From contig JAFGIX010000069.1 in assembly GCA_016929395.1 (NCBI GenBank), positions 4,986 to 68,985 on the forward strand: 64,000 bases of DNA, given 5' to 3'. The notes beneath the pieces are model-generated. The model saw nothing but the letters and a program-made list of their open reading frames with translations, was not told the origin of the DNA and searched no databases. The translations under genes and the position numbers were made by a program. This document shows positions 1-8,836 of the stretch, piece by piece (position 1 is the stretch's first letter; every line of letters begins with the position of its first letter). The stretch is from Candidatus Zymogenus saltonus. GTDB lineage: Bacteria; Desulfobacterota; Zymogenia; Zymogenales; Zymogenaceae.

Positions 1-2
1 CA

Positions 3-119
3 AAATTCACCGGGGTCGTGGAGATAGTCTTGAGAAACAGGAGATCGAGCGTAATTATCACCCCGGAGGATAGAGAGGCCTTCGTGAAATGTGCGAAAGG
101 TTTTCTCTCGAATGGATAG
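3..119 (+). CDS. 3' end of a gene running in from upstream (partial, product unknown)
   Basis: The open frame enters from the window edge and ends at TAG 117-119. No recognisable motif. Confidence 0.2.
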   Translation, partial: KFTGVVEIVLRNRRSSVIITPEDREAFVKCAKGFLSNG

Positions 120-209
120 ATGGTCGTTTGAAGAAGTCTATTGTGTAATCTCGCTTTTTGAGACACAGAGTTTTTTCAGGTCAATCAATCATTTTTTAAG
201 AGGAATGAA

Positions 210-1508
210 ATGAAGGTCGTAAAATATTTTCTCGCGGGGCTGGGGATCATCTTTCTCCTCCCGGTTCTCCTCATCTCCGTTATGCTGATCTACTGGGATC
301 TTCGCTCCCCGCCCCCCTTCGAGATCGATCCGGTCTTAAAGCTTGAAAACAGGGTGGCCGTTCCCCACGGCGATGATCCCAGGACGCTCCACAAGTCCAA
401 CACGGACATGGTCTTCTACAACGGATCGTTTTTCCTTATCCACGCCCGGACGAAGTGGCACCTGGAGGACAAAAACGGGGCCCTCATCGTCCAGAGGTCC
501 AACGATGCCGTAAACTGGGAAGAGGTTGCAAGCATCACCGTCCCGGACACGGACGTAAGGGACCCGAAGTTCGCCGCCATCGATGGCAGGCTCTTCGTCT
601 ACTTTCTACCCAACTTCCTATTCGACCCGGAGCCGATGACCACCTACTGGACGGTCAGCGACGACGGGGTCAACTGGGAGACGCCCAAGGAGCTCGATAC
701 GATAGCTGTGGTTGACCGCCGCGGGGACAGTACGGCGGGGAAGGTCACGTCCGGCGGGTGGAACCTGTGGAGGCCTAAGACCAAAGACGGGAAGAACTGG
801 TATGTGATGGCCAGCGGCAACAAGAAGAGGGCGGAGGTCGGCGTCGGGTACGGCGGGAAGATCGAGGGGGACGATGTGGAGGACGAGGGAACGACGCATA
901 TGATAGTCCTCTTAAGGTCGAGCGACGGTGTCAACTGGGAGGAGGTGTCGGAGGTCTACGTCGCCCGCGGCCTCTTCGAGCCGTGCATGGAGTTTCTGCC
1001 GGACGGCCGGATCATCTCGGCAATCCGATGCAGCAGCCTCGGCACCGGCGGGTACGCCTTCGGCAATCCAACGGCGAACACGATCATCGCCGTATCCTCA
1101 GAGCCGTATAAGGAGTGGAAGTACTCCTACAGCTTCATAACGAGGCTCGACGGCGCCACGCTCTTCCCCGTTAACGGGAGGATATTCGCCGTGGGGAGAA
1201 ACCACATGGGCCCGAGGTTTGACATGGGCAATCACCTGGCGACGAAGAGGACCGCCTTCTACGAGGTGAAGGAGAAGGAGCTGGTATTTCTTTTCGACCT
1301 TCCCAGCAACGGCGACACATCGTACACCGGCGTGGTCAGGAGGGGCGACTACATCTACGCCAGCTACTACACCTGCCCCGTCGACAAGGACTACCCGTGG
1401 GTTGTGGGGGTCTGCTTCTTCCCGAAGACCGAGATTCGGGTGGTCAAGCTCTCCGCCAAGGGATTGCTGGAATACGCCGACAGGGTCGGGGCATCGGGCG
1501 GGAGGTAA
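210..1508 (+). CDS. BNR/Asp-box repeat protein, sialidase-like glycosyl-hydrolase fold, N-terminally membrane anchored
   Basis: 432-aa ORF with an N-terminal hydrophobic anchor (FLAGLGIIFLLPVLLISVMLIYW). Three Asp-box-like motifs S-x-D-x-G-x-x-W are present (SNDAVNWEE, SDDGVNWET, SSDGVNWEE). Periodic codon usage is consistent with coding. The internal ORFs of the other frames are GC-driven artefacts. Confidence 0.7.
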   Translation: MKVVKYFLAGLGIIFLLPVLLISVMLIYWDLRSPPPFEIDPVLKLENRVAVPHGDDPRTLHKSNTDMVFYNGSFFLIHARTKWHLEDKNGALIVQRSNDAVNWEEVASITVPDTDVRDPKFAAIDGRLFVYFLPNFLFDPEPMTTYWTVSDDGVNWETPKELDTIAVVDRRGDSTAGKVTSGGWNLWRPKTKDGKNWYVMASGNKKRAEVGVGYGGKIEGDDVEDEGTTHMIVLLRSSDGVNWEEVSEVYVARGLFEPCMEFLPDGRIISAIRCSSLGTGGYAFGNPTANTIIAVSSEPYKEWKYSYSFITRLDGATLFPVNGRIFAVGRNHMGPRFDMGNHLATKRTAFYEVKEKELVFLFDLPSNGDTSYTGVVRRGDYIYASYYTCPVDKDYPWVVGVCFFPKTEIRVVKLSAKGLLEYADRVGASGGR

Positions 1509-1556
1509 CGCCCTTTTTAAGCTCTCTTATGAGCTGTAAAGAAAGGAGGCTTTAGA

Positions 1557-1670
1557 TATGAAATCGAAGGACAAGATGGCATTTGTCGTGAGAATTCTTA
1601 TTTCTCTCGTTATAGGCTTTCTGGTGGTCTACCCGACGATAGTCTACGGGAGGCACTTTCTCATCAAATA
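1557..1670 (+). CDS. small hydrophobic (single-TM) peptide, 37 aa
   Basis: ATG lies 9 nt after GGAGG (aaagGAGGctttagatATG). It encodes MKSKDKMAFVVRILISLVIGFLVVYPTIVYGRHFLIK and sits immediately downstream of the BNR gene. Confidence 0.4.
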
Positions 1671-1720
1671 AGATTATTTGACCTAAAGACCATTGGAAAT
1701 AGAAAGGGAGTTTTAGATAG

Positions 1721-1831
1721 ATGGAATTTGTCAAATCCAAATTGTGGCTTTCAATAAAAGTCGTCTACTGGACCCTTGTCTTTGCGGCGGCGGGATTCTT
1801 CTACTGGCTGATATTCACCACGCTCCTTTAG
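1721..1831 (+). CDS. small hydrophobic (single-TM) peptide, 36 aa, paralogous context to the previous peptide
   Basis: ATG is preceded by GGGAG and the same 'ttttagata' spacer as the upstream peptide. It encodes MEFVKSKLWLSIKVVYWTLVFAAAGFFYWLIFTTLL. Confidence 0.4.
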   Translation: MEFVKSKLWLSIKVVYWTLVFAAAGFFYWLIFTTLL

Positions 1832-1850
1832 CAGGGGTGGCCGGTATTTA

Positions 1851-2110
1851 TTCGTGACCCCGCTTTTGCTGCAGGGGGGCTGGACAAAGTTTCACTGGTT
1901 TTCCGCTTCCCAAGGGGATGACGCTTTTCCTACAGGAATGATACCTATTCTGCCATTCTTGGTTTGACCGGGAATCCAGAAAAATATCAACTGGATTCCC
2001 GCTTCCGCGGGAATGACAGTATATACACTGTTACCGCAGCAGGGGGGAGCGTAAAAAGCTTCTGGATTTACGCTTTCGCTGGGATGACACGATATTCCCT
2101 GCTGCGTAAA
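1851..2110. repeat. cluster of REP-like hairpin-forming repeats (GGATTCCCG...CGGGAATGACA family), with about three degenerate ~65-90 bp units
   Basis: Units such as 'ctggattcccgcttccgcgggaatgaca', 'ggttttccgcttcccaaggggatgacg' and 'ctggatttacgctttcgctgggatgacacg' each contain a dyad. 'gcagcagggggg' is repeated at the start of units. The same family recurs at 62990-63185. Confidence 0.5.
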
Positions 2111-2340
2111 ACGGTGGTGTGAAACGGGTCTATGTTAGTCTTAGGCTTAGTGGATGGGTTTCTATTTCATTGAAAGGGAGAGAGGTTTTGCCCGCCTTGC
2201 CGCCCTCCCCGAACGGGAGAACGCTGCACTACCATAAGAAAGCGGCCGACAGATTTGCGATCTACTGCGTCACCCGGTAGGCGCCCCGTCATATTTCCAC
2301 AGAAAAATATCGTAAAAATATCAAAAAACTTAAAAAATCC

Positions 2341-2369
2341 TTGACATATTAGAATATATATACTAATAT
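2341..2369 (+). promoter_or_regulatory. sigma70-like promoter of the TetR gene (TTGACA - 17 bp - TAATAT)
   Basis: TTGACA at 2341-2346 and TAATAT at 2364-2369, in an AT-rich tract directly upstream of the ORF. Confidence 0.45.
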
Positions 2370-2383
2370 AATAGTACTATTAT
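2368..2383. promoter_or_regulatory. perfect 16-bp palindrome ATAATAGTACTATTAT, candidate TetR operator overlapping the -10 element and start codon
   Basis: The sequence is self-complementary. It overlaps the ATG at 2382. Confidence 0.5.
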
Positions 2384-2972
2384 GGGAAGAAAGGCGAAAT
2401 TTGGTGGGACCGATTTCCTCGACGCGGCCTTGAAGCTCGTGGCGGAGGGGGGTGTGGGGGCGGCCACGGTGTCCGCCATCGCGGAAGAGCTGAAGGCGCC
2501 GATAGGCTCCGTCTACCACAGGTTCCCCACAAAGGAGATACTCCTTGCCGAGCTCTGGCTCAGGAGTGTGGAATCCTTCCAGCACGGATTCTTGGAGGCG
2601 TTGGGCCGCCTCGACGGGCTTTCGGCGGCGCTCCACACCCCCCGATGGGTCAGGGAAAATCCGATCGAGGGCAAAGTCCTTTTGGTCCACAGGCGGGAGG
2701 AGCTGGTCTCCGGGGATTGGCCCGGGGAGGTCAGGGAAAAAGCGGCGCGCCTCTCCCGGGGGCTGGACGAGGGGATAAGGGATTATGCCCGGCGAACCTT
2801 CGGCGACGTTGCGGAGACGTCCATTTTGAAGACGACTTTCGCGCTGATCGACGTCCCCTATTCGGCGACAAAGAGGTATCTTGTGATGGGAAAGATCCCC
2901 CCGAAAATGTTAGACAAGATGATAGAAAAGACATTTTACGCCGTTATCGGAGGAAGAGATGAAGATCTATAA
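2382..2972 (+). CDS. TetR/AcrR family transcriptional regulator
   Basis: N-terminal HTH typical of TetR (TVSAIAEELKAPIGSVYHRFPTKEILLAELW). Length is 196 aa. Confidence 0.85.
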   Translation: MGRKAKFGGTDFLDAALKLVAEGGVGAATVSAIAEELKAPIGSVYHRFPTKEILLAELWLRSVESFQHGFLEALGRLDGLSAALHTPRWVRENPIEGKVLLVHRREELVSGDWPGEVREKAARLSRGLDEGIRDYARRTFGDVAETSILKTTFALIDVPYSATKRYLVMGKIPPKMLDKMIEKTFYAVIGGRDEDL

Positions 2973-3468
2973 CGTACACGAGCGAAATTTCAGCGCAGAC
3001 CTCGAAAAGGTCGGCGCCCTGTTGAATACCCTGGCGGGAGAAGACGACCGACTCTGGCCGAGGGAAAATTGGCCCCCCATGGAGCTTGACGCCCCAGTCG
3101 GGGAGGGGGTGAGGGGTGGACACGGGCCGATAAGATATTTTGTGACCGAATACGTCCCCGGAAGGAGGGCTACCTTCGATTTCATCGACCAGGGCCTCTC
3201 CGAGGGGCTTAACGGACGCCACCTATTCGAGGTCGTTCCACGCCGGGGGTCGGTACTGCTTCGCCACATCGTTGACGCCGACTGCGACCTGAAGAAATGG
3301 CTTAAATGGCAGGTGTTCATCGGCCCCCTTCACGACGCCCTCATGGAGGACGCCCTTGACAACGCCGAGGTGGAGCTGAGCGAAAATCCTAAAAAGCGGT
3401 CGAGGTGGAGCCTCTGGGTCAGGTTCCTCCGCAGGATGTTGGCACGAAGGCGCCGGACCTCCTCATAG
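2959..3468 (+). CDS. hypothetical protein, possibly a small ligand-binding (SRPBCC-like) protein co-transcribed with the TetR gene
   Basis: 169-aa ORF overlapping the TetR stop by 14 nt. No catalytic motif was recognised. Confidence 0.55.
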   Translation: MKIYNVHERNFSADLEKVGALLNTLAGEDDRLWPRENWPPMELDAPVGEGVRGGHGPIRYFVTEYVPGRRATFDFIDQGLSEGLNGRHLFEVVPRRGSVLLRHIVDADCDLKKWLKWQVFIGPLHDALMEDALDNAEVELSENPKKRSRWSLWVRFLRRMLARRRRTSS

Positions 3469-3502
3469 GCCGCATCGTTAATCTTGTTGTTTAGACGGTT
3501 AC

Positions 3503-3542
3503 GGCAAGGGGGCCGAATAGATAATGAAGAGGCCCCCTTGCC
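3503..3542. other. strong stem-loop (12-bp perfect GC-rich stem, 16-nt loop) without a U-tract
   Basis: ggcaagggggcc ... ggcccccttgcc, 35 nt after the stop of the preceding ORF. Confidence 0.4.
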
Positions 3543-3818
3543 TGTCAACGCAATGTATATACGGCGCATCTCACCACAGGCTGAAGGCGTCTCCTTAAAC
3601 ATCAAATAGCTCCAAATCCCTTCATATCCCGCATACTTTAATCAAAATCGGGCGGAGACCTCCCGAAAATCCGTTCCCCTAAAGACTTCCCATTTGGCGA
3701 TAAGGGTGGTAAAATAATCTGCAAAGAGGATTAATTTACCAAAAAATCGCTAAACTTAAGAACCATATCGAAAAAAATCTGTCTTATCTCTAAAACCAAC
3801 GAAGTGTGGGAGGTAAAC

Positions 3819-6230
3819 ATGAGAAGGATAATTCTGCTTTTTATCATCTCGACTTTTTCATTGTCGATATTGACGTTTTCACCGGTTCAGGCGTTTTCGG
3901 AGGAGGAGACGAAGCTTCCCGAGCTTCCGAACAGCTCCGTATCCGTGCCCTGGTCCGATTTCAAGGACCTGATCAAAAAGCTCCTCGTTCCGCCGGAGGA
4001 GCCGCCGGAGCCCCCCCTGCCCCCGATTGACTACTCGATATCCGAGTCGCACTACGCCGGCAGGTTGGAGGGGGAGAGCGCGGTCTTCGATGCGGAGTTT
4101 GCCGTCGACGTACTTGCCGAGAACAAGTGGATAGAGGTGCCGATACTCTCAAGCAGCCTTGCGGTCTCCGACGTTACCATGGACGGCAAGGGTGTGACGC
4201 TGAGGACGTCGGGGAGCTACTATTATCTGATCATGAACAAACCGGGAAGACACATTCTAAAGCTCACGTTTTACAAGCCGGTGGATAAGGGATCGGGGAA
4301 GGTGGGCGTCAACGTGCCGATACCGATGGCGCCCGTATCCACGCTGGAGTTTTCCGTGCCCAAGCCTGGGATGGATTTCACGATCGATCCAGCAAATTAC
4401 AAGAGGACGACGGGTTTGGAGGGATCGACAAGGCTCGAAGCGGCGCTGCCGGTGACAAGCAGCGTCTCCATCTACTGGAGTCCCGCGGTCCCGGAGGAGA
4501 TATCGGGAGAGCTCAGGGTCATGGCCAAGGTCAATACGCTGATCTCTGTGGGGGAGGGCTTTCTCGGCGGGGTATCGACCATCAACTACGAGATCCTCCA
4601 CAAATCGATATCCACCTTCTCTTTTCTGGTGCCGAAGGATATTGATATTATTGACGTCAAGGCGGAGGGGATCAGGGACTGGGAGATAACCCCCGAAGGG
4701 GAAAAGGTGAAGGTGACCGTCAATATGAGCTTTGAGGTCAGCGGCGACTTCAGCCTGGCGGTAATCTACGAGAAAAACATGGGGGACACCACGGCCCAGG
4801 TGGATGTCCCGGAGATAGAGGTCCTCAATATTGTTAGGGAGCAGGGCTTTATGGCGGTTACAAAATCGACGGAGGTAGAGGTGGTCGAGCTAAAGGCCGA
4901 GAACCTAAGCCCCCTCGACGTTACGGAGCTCCCCGGGGAGCTGATCTCCGCCACCGAAAACTCGATCCTCTACTCATATAAATACCTGAAACACCCGTTC
5001 GGCCTGAGGCTCGACGTCACGAAGAACGAGGACGAGGAGGTTGATACCTGCGTCATCATAAAGGAAGAGCTGACTTCCCTTCTTACCGTCAGGGGGGACC
5101 TGGTCACCAGGGCGCGCTTTACCGTGAGGAACACGACCGAGCAGTTCCTGAAGCTCAAGATAGATGAGATGTTTGCAGAGGAGCCTGCGGGGGAGGATAC
5201 TGCGGATGAAGGATCGGTCGGGGAAGATATGGGAGAGGGAACAACCAAGGTGTGGAGCGCCTTCGTCTCCGATAAGCCGGTAAAGCTTACGAGGGACAGA
5301 TACGGCAGGGTTTTGATCCCGCTGGACAGGTCGGTCAAGACGGACGGCGGGATGACCTCTTTCGTCGTGGAGATGACCTACAGCACAGAGACGAAGCCGT
5401 TCAACAGGATAACGGGCTGGAGGACGTTTTACGCGCCTAAGACCGACTACAGGGTGGGAGAGATGACCTGGACACTATATCTCCCGAAGAAATACGTTTA
5501 CAGAAACCTCGGGAAGGATATGGAGCTGATATCGGCTCCTGTGATTTTTCCCGTATCCAAGCCGGGCTACGACGACACGGGGGATATGGGAATCTCAACG
5601 GGTGAGGGATTTGTGGCCGAAGAAGAGATGTCGATGGAAAAGAAGGAGTATGCCCCCGCCCCGTCGGGGGGGCTCCGGAGCCAGACCGAGATGAACGTAA
5701 TCAGAGACAGTATCGACACCATAGGGGGCAAATCGGGAAGGAAGCGGGGGGTCCTGCCGGTAAGGGTCGATATCCCATTTTCCGGTTATAAGTTGGACTA
5801 CAATAAGACGATCGTAAAGAAGGGGGAGGAGTCCATCGTCAAGTTCAGGTTCCAGGGAATGGACGTTAAGAGATGGATCTCCTATATTGAGATACTGGCG
5901 TGGGCCACTTTTTTCGCCACCCTGCTGTTCGCCGTCAGGTCTGCGAGAAAGAGGAAGAGGCTCTACATAAATAAGGATAAGTCGATAGCCGTCGCCGTTT
6001 CCTTGGGGGTAATAATCCTCTTACACCTTTTTTTCATCCTCGATTTCCACGCGCTCAAGTGGGGTCTGTTTTGGGGGCTGGTTGTCGGGCTTCTCTACTA
6101 TCTGAACGATATCAGGCACGAGGTCAAAAAGAGGCTGGCCGAAATCAGGAAAGACAAAGCAGAGGGCAAGGATGAAAAGTCCGAGAAGGATGAGTCGAAG
6201 AAGAGGCGGACGAAGAAAGATGAAGAATAG
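3819..6230 (+). CDS. large secreted protein with a C-terminal TM anchor and lysine-rich cytoplasmic tail (paralog A)
   Basis: The ORF track starts it at 3804, but ATG 3819 is preceded by GGGAGG (3807-3812). The signal peptide is MRRIILLFIISTFSLSILTFSPVQA. The N-terminal motif VPWSDFKDLIKKL is followed by a Pro-rich linker. A C-terminal hydrophobic helix is followed by a KDKAEGKDEKSEKDESKKRRTKKDEE tail. Confidence 0.8.
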   Translation: MRRIILLFIISTFSLSILTFSPVQAFSEEETKLPELPNSSVSVPWSDFKDLIKKLLVPPEEPPEPPLPPIDYSISESHYAGRLEGESAVFDAEFAVDVLAENKWIEVPILSSSLAVSDVTMDGKGVTLRTSGSYYYLIMNKPGRHILKLTFYKPVDKGSGKVGVNVPIPMAPVSTLEFSVPKPGMDFTIDPANYKRTTGLEGSTRLEAALPVTSSVSIYWSPAVPEEISGELRVMAKVNTLISVGEGFLGGVSTINYEILHKSISTFSFLVPKDIDIIDVKAEGIRDWEITPEGEKVKVTVNMSFEVSGDFSLAVIYEKNMGDTTAQVDVPEIEVLNIVREQGFMAVTKSTEVEVVELKAENLSPLDVTELPGELISATENSILYSYKYLKHPFGLRLDVTKNEDEEVDTCVIIKEELTSLLTVRGDLVTRARFTVRNTTEQFLKLKIDEMFAEEPAGEDTADEGSVGEDMGEGTTKVWSAFVSDKPVKLTRDRYGRVLIPLDRSVKTDGGMTSFVVEMTYSTETKPFNRITGWRTFYAPKTDYRVGEMTWTLYLPKKYVYRNLGKDMELISAPVIFPVSKPGYDDTGDMGISTGEGFVAEEEMSMEKKEYAPAPSGGLRSQTEMNVIRDSIDTIGGKSGRKRGVLPVRVDIPFSGYKLDYNKTIVKKGEESIVKFRFQGMDVKRWISYIEILAWATFFATLLFAVRSARKRKRLYINKDKSIAVAVSLGVIILLHLFFILDFHALKWGLFWGLVVGLLYYLNDIRHEVKKRLAEIRKDKAEGKDEKSEKDESKKRRTKKDEE

Positions 6231-8274
6231 GGCTGTAAAGGCGATAGGCCGTTCGGCGGTCTTGCGTTCGGCGGTTTTGATATCTTTCTTCCTTATCCTG
6301 TCGCTGGCACTGTTTCCCCTTGCCGGCTCGGCGGTCGCCGCCGGGGAAAAGGGGAAGGCGCCCGATATGCCCAACACCGACATCACCATACCGTGGGATG
6401 AGTTCAAGGCGCTGATAGAGAAGTTCTTCGAGGAGGAACCGACCCCGCCCACGCCTCCTCCGGTCGAGCTGTCCGTCAAGGAGGCAAAATACACGGCCGA
6501 TCTCTCGCCAGATCTTATCACCGTAAACGCCGACCTTGACGTTATCACCTTCGGTGAGGGTTGGCGGGAGCTTCGGGTCATCGGGGACGGGGCCTCCCTC
6601 GTCTCGCTTACGGTGGACGGGAAATACGCCCCCACGAAGACGAAGGGCGATTCGGTCTACGTCTATCTGAAGGGGAACGGGGCGGAATCCAAAAGGTACA
6701 ATGTGGGGGCGCGCTTTTATGTCTTTGCACCGAAGACGCCGGGCCCACACAGTGTAACTTTTTCGGTTCCAGAAGCGGCCGTGGGCACGATAGCGATGGG
6801 CTACGACCGCAAGTTAGAGAACGTAGGCATAAACGGGATCGTCACATCGAGGTCGGCTGGAAGGGTAAACGGCGTCTTGAGGGGTGAAGGGGCGATAAAG
6901 ATAGACTACACCGTGTCAGCGCCGACGGAGGAGAGAGAGGCGGTCAGGAAGAGTAAACCCGAAGAATCTATAGTCCTCTCCGAGGTGATGACGGTGATGG
7001 ACGTCGAGGAGGAGGCGCTCTTTGTCGACGCCGTCGTTGACTTCGAGGTTCGGGGCGCCCCGACCACCTCATTTGAGATAGGGTTCCCCGATTATCTGGA
7101 GCTGATCGACGTCACGGGCGAGGGGGTCTCGGGATGGGAGCTCAACGAGAAGAAGAACGGTCTGAAGGTAAGGATCGGCTACGAGGTCGTCGGAAACTAC
7201 TCGCTGACGCTCTCCTTCGAGAAAGATTTTCCCGAGGGCACAAAAGAGATCGAGTTTCCGAAGATCGTGCCCTTAAGCGTCAAGCGGGACGCGGGCTACC
7301 TTGCCGTGGTATCGGGCGGCGGCTTTGAGATATCGGAGGGAAAGTATGCGAAGATCGCCCCCCAGGATCCCTCGGAGCTTCCAAGCAAGCTCTTGAACCT
7401 GAAGGGGCTTTCGCCGGTGCTGTCCTACAGGTACACCAACCCCAACTGGCTGCTGGCGCTTAATGTGGAGAAGGGGGAGCTTCTCCCGGTCCTCTCAGCC
7501 AACGCCGATTCGGCGAACGGCGTGGGCGTTGTCACGGCGGACGGAAAAATGGTGTTGAGGACCCACTTCTATATCCGAAACAGGAACCTACAGTACCTTA
7601 AGATCACGATTCCGGAAGGAGGGGAGTTCTGGTCGGCGAGGTTAAAGGGAAGGCCGCTCAAGGTATCCGTAGACAGCGAAAAGAAGATACTCGTTCCCCT
7701 TCCCCTGACGGTTGAGAGAAATGCCGAGCCATTTTTGGTGGAGACGGTCATCTTCGTCCCCGTGGACGAGTCGGACACCCTGGGAAGGATATTAATCGAG
7801 CTTCCCACGCTCAACATCCCCGTCTCGGAGATGATGCTGACCCTCTACCTCCCGGAAAGAAACGATTACGTTCTCTTCGGCGGCGATATGGAGGAGATCG
7901 AGTACTTTGAGAGGATCCTTGAAGAAAAGGACACCTCCTCGGCATTTTACCAGAAGAACATCAAGCTTAGGAGGGACGTCTACGAGAGGCAACAGATGCT
8001 GGAGGACGTGATCAACAAGGATGAGTCGATCGCCCCCGATTCGTCGACTGGCGAAGACGTTTCGTCCCAGTTTCAGATACCCTTAAGGGGGGAGATCCAC
8101 CGCTTCGTGAAACTCATCGTGATCTCGGAGAAGAGCCACGTCACGGCGAATTATGTGAACGGTCGCCTCATGGGAGGGATAAAGCTGGCAGTCTTTTTAG
8201 CCCTCGCCATCGCGCTTTTTATCGGGGGAAGGAGGTTTGTCAGGGAGATGGGCATCAGGCTTAAAAAGAGCTGA
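6220..8274 (+). CDS. large secreted protein with a C-terminal TM anchor (paralog B of the upstream gene)
   Basis: The ORF track starts it at 6172, but the signal peptide begins at MKNRAVKAIGRSAVLRSAVLISFFLILSLALFPLAGSAVAA (ATG 6220). That start overlaps the upstream stop by 11 nt. It carries the same N-terminal motif (IPWDEFKALIEKF) followed by a Pro-rich linker, and a C-terminal TM (IKLAVFLALAIALFIGG). Confidence 0.8.
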   Translation: MKNRAVKAIGRSAVLRSAVLISFFLILSLALFPLAGSAVAAGEKGKAPDMPNTDITIPWDEFKALIEKFFEEEPTPPTPPPVELSVKEAKYTADLSPDLITVNADLDVITFGEGWRELRVIGDGASLVSLTVDGKYAPTKTKGDSVYVYLKGNGAESKRYNVGARFYVFAPKTPGPHSVTFSVPEAAVGTIAMGYDRKLENVGINGIVTSRSAGRVNGVLRGEGAIKIDYTVSAPTEEREAVRKSKPEESIVLSEVMTVMDVEEEALFVDAVVDFEVRGAPTTSFEIGFPDYLELIDVTGEGVSGWELNEKKNGLKVRIGYEVVGNYSLTLSFEKDFPEGTKEIEFPKIVPLSVKRDAGYLAVVSGGGFEISEGKYAKIAPQDPSELPSKLLNLKGLSPVLSYRYTNPNWLLALNVEKGELLPVLSANADSANGVGVVTADGKMVLRTHFYIRNRNLQYLKITIPEGGEFWSARLKGRPLKVSVDSEKKILVPLPLTVERNAEPFLVETVIFVPVDESDTLGRILIELPTLNIPVSEMMLTLYLPERNDYVLFGGDMEEIEYFERILEEKDTSSAFYQKNIKLRRDVYERQQMLEDVINKDESIAPDSSTGEDVSSQFQIPLRGEIHRFVKLIVISEKSHVTANYVNGRLMGGIKLAVFLALAIALFIGGRRFVREMGIRLKKS

Positions 8275-8836
8275 TATTCTGAGACGTTAAAATATTCCCT
8301 CCTCAAATACGGATCGAATCGGCAAGATATTTAATGGGGGGGTAACGTCTCATTTAAAATTGACTATTGCAGCAATGAAGGGGGGTTTATCTTAGGAGGG
8401 AACGGGGACAGCCACAAATCTCAAAAATGCGAAGCGGGCGGAGGCTTGAAACGGCTGACGCCCGTTGTGTTTTTCAGTTGATACAGTTCCGGTTTTTTAA
8501 GCCGACCGGGTATTGAAAAAATCGGGAGTATAGCTAAGCGACTGAATGATTTAAGACACCTTTTGATATTTAATTGGGGGATGATGGTTTAAGAAAGGAT
8601 GGTGGCCTTTTGCTGGGCTGGGACTCTCAACGCAGATCGAGGCTTTCCCAACCCTCGCCTCATTTTTCGCCGGGCCCCCCTTCCCGCCCCCGGCATAATA
8701 TTCGCCTGCTCTCCTTGAGAAATGGCCCCTAATATAAACTGAGACCCCCCCTCTTTCAATAAAACAACCGACAGCCCAAAAACGGGGGATCAGATAACAT
8801 GGCCAGACCTGCCCACATGGCCCGACCTTCAGGGAC

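Noticed and set aside
455-1140. ORF-track entries in alternative frames inside the BNR gene (455-715 +, 618-899 -, 644-934 -, 928-1140 +)
   Set aside because: Arg/Pro/Gly-rich translations typical of out-of-frame reading of GC-rich coding DNA. Fully embedded in a gene with recognisable motifs.
1552-1740. 62-aa minus-strand ORF overlapping the two micro-ORFs
   Set aside because: No RBS. The + strand carries two well-positioned SD sequences with hydrophobic peptide products, so the minus ORF is considered the shadow frame.
1851-2110. Possibility that the degenerate tandem repeats are a CRISPR array
   Set aside because: The units are imperfect, of variable length and internally palindromic in a REP-like way. 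There are no regular repeat-spacer periodicity, no leader and no cas genes.
3804-3818. ORF-track start of the first large exoprotein at 3804
   Set aside because: ATG 3819 is preceded by GGGAGG at ideal spacing, and the signal peptide begins there.
6021-6750. Minus-strand ORFs (204 and 201 aa) spanning the junction of the two large exoprotein genes
   Set aside because: Shadow ORFs opposite strongly supported plus-strand genes. Low-complexity Arg-rich products.
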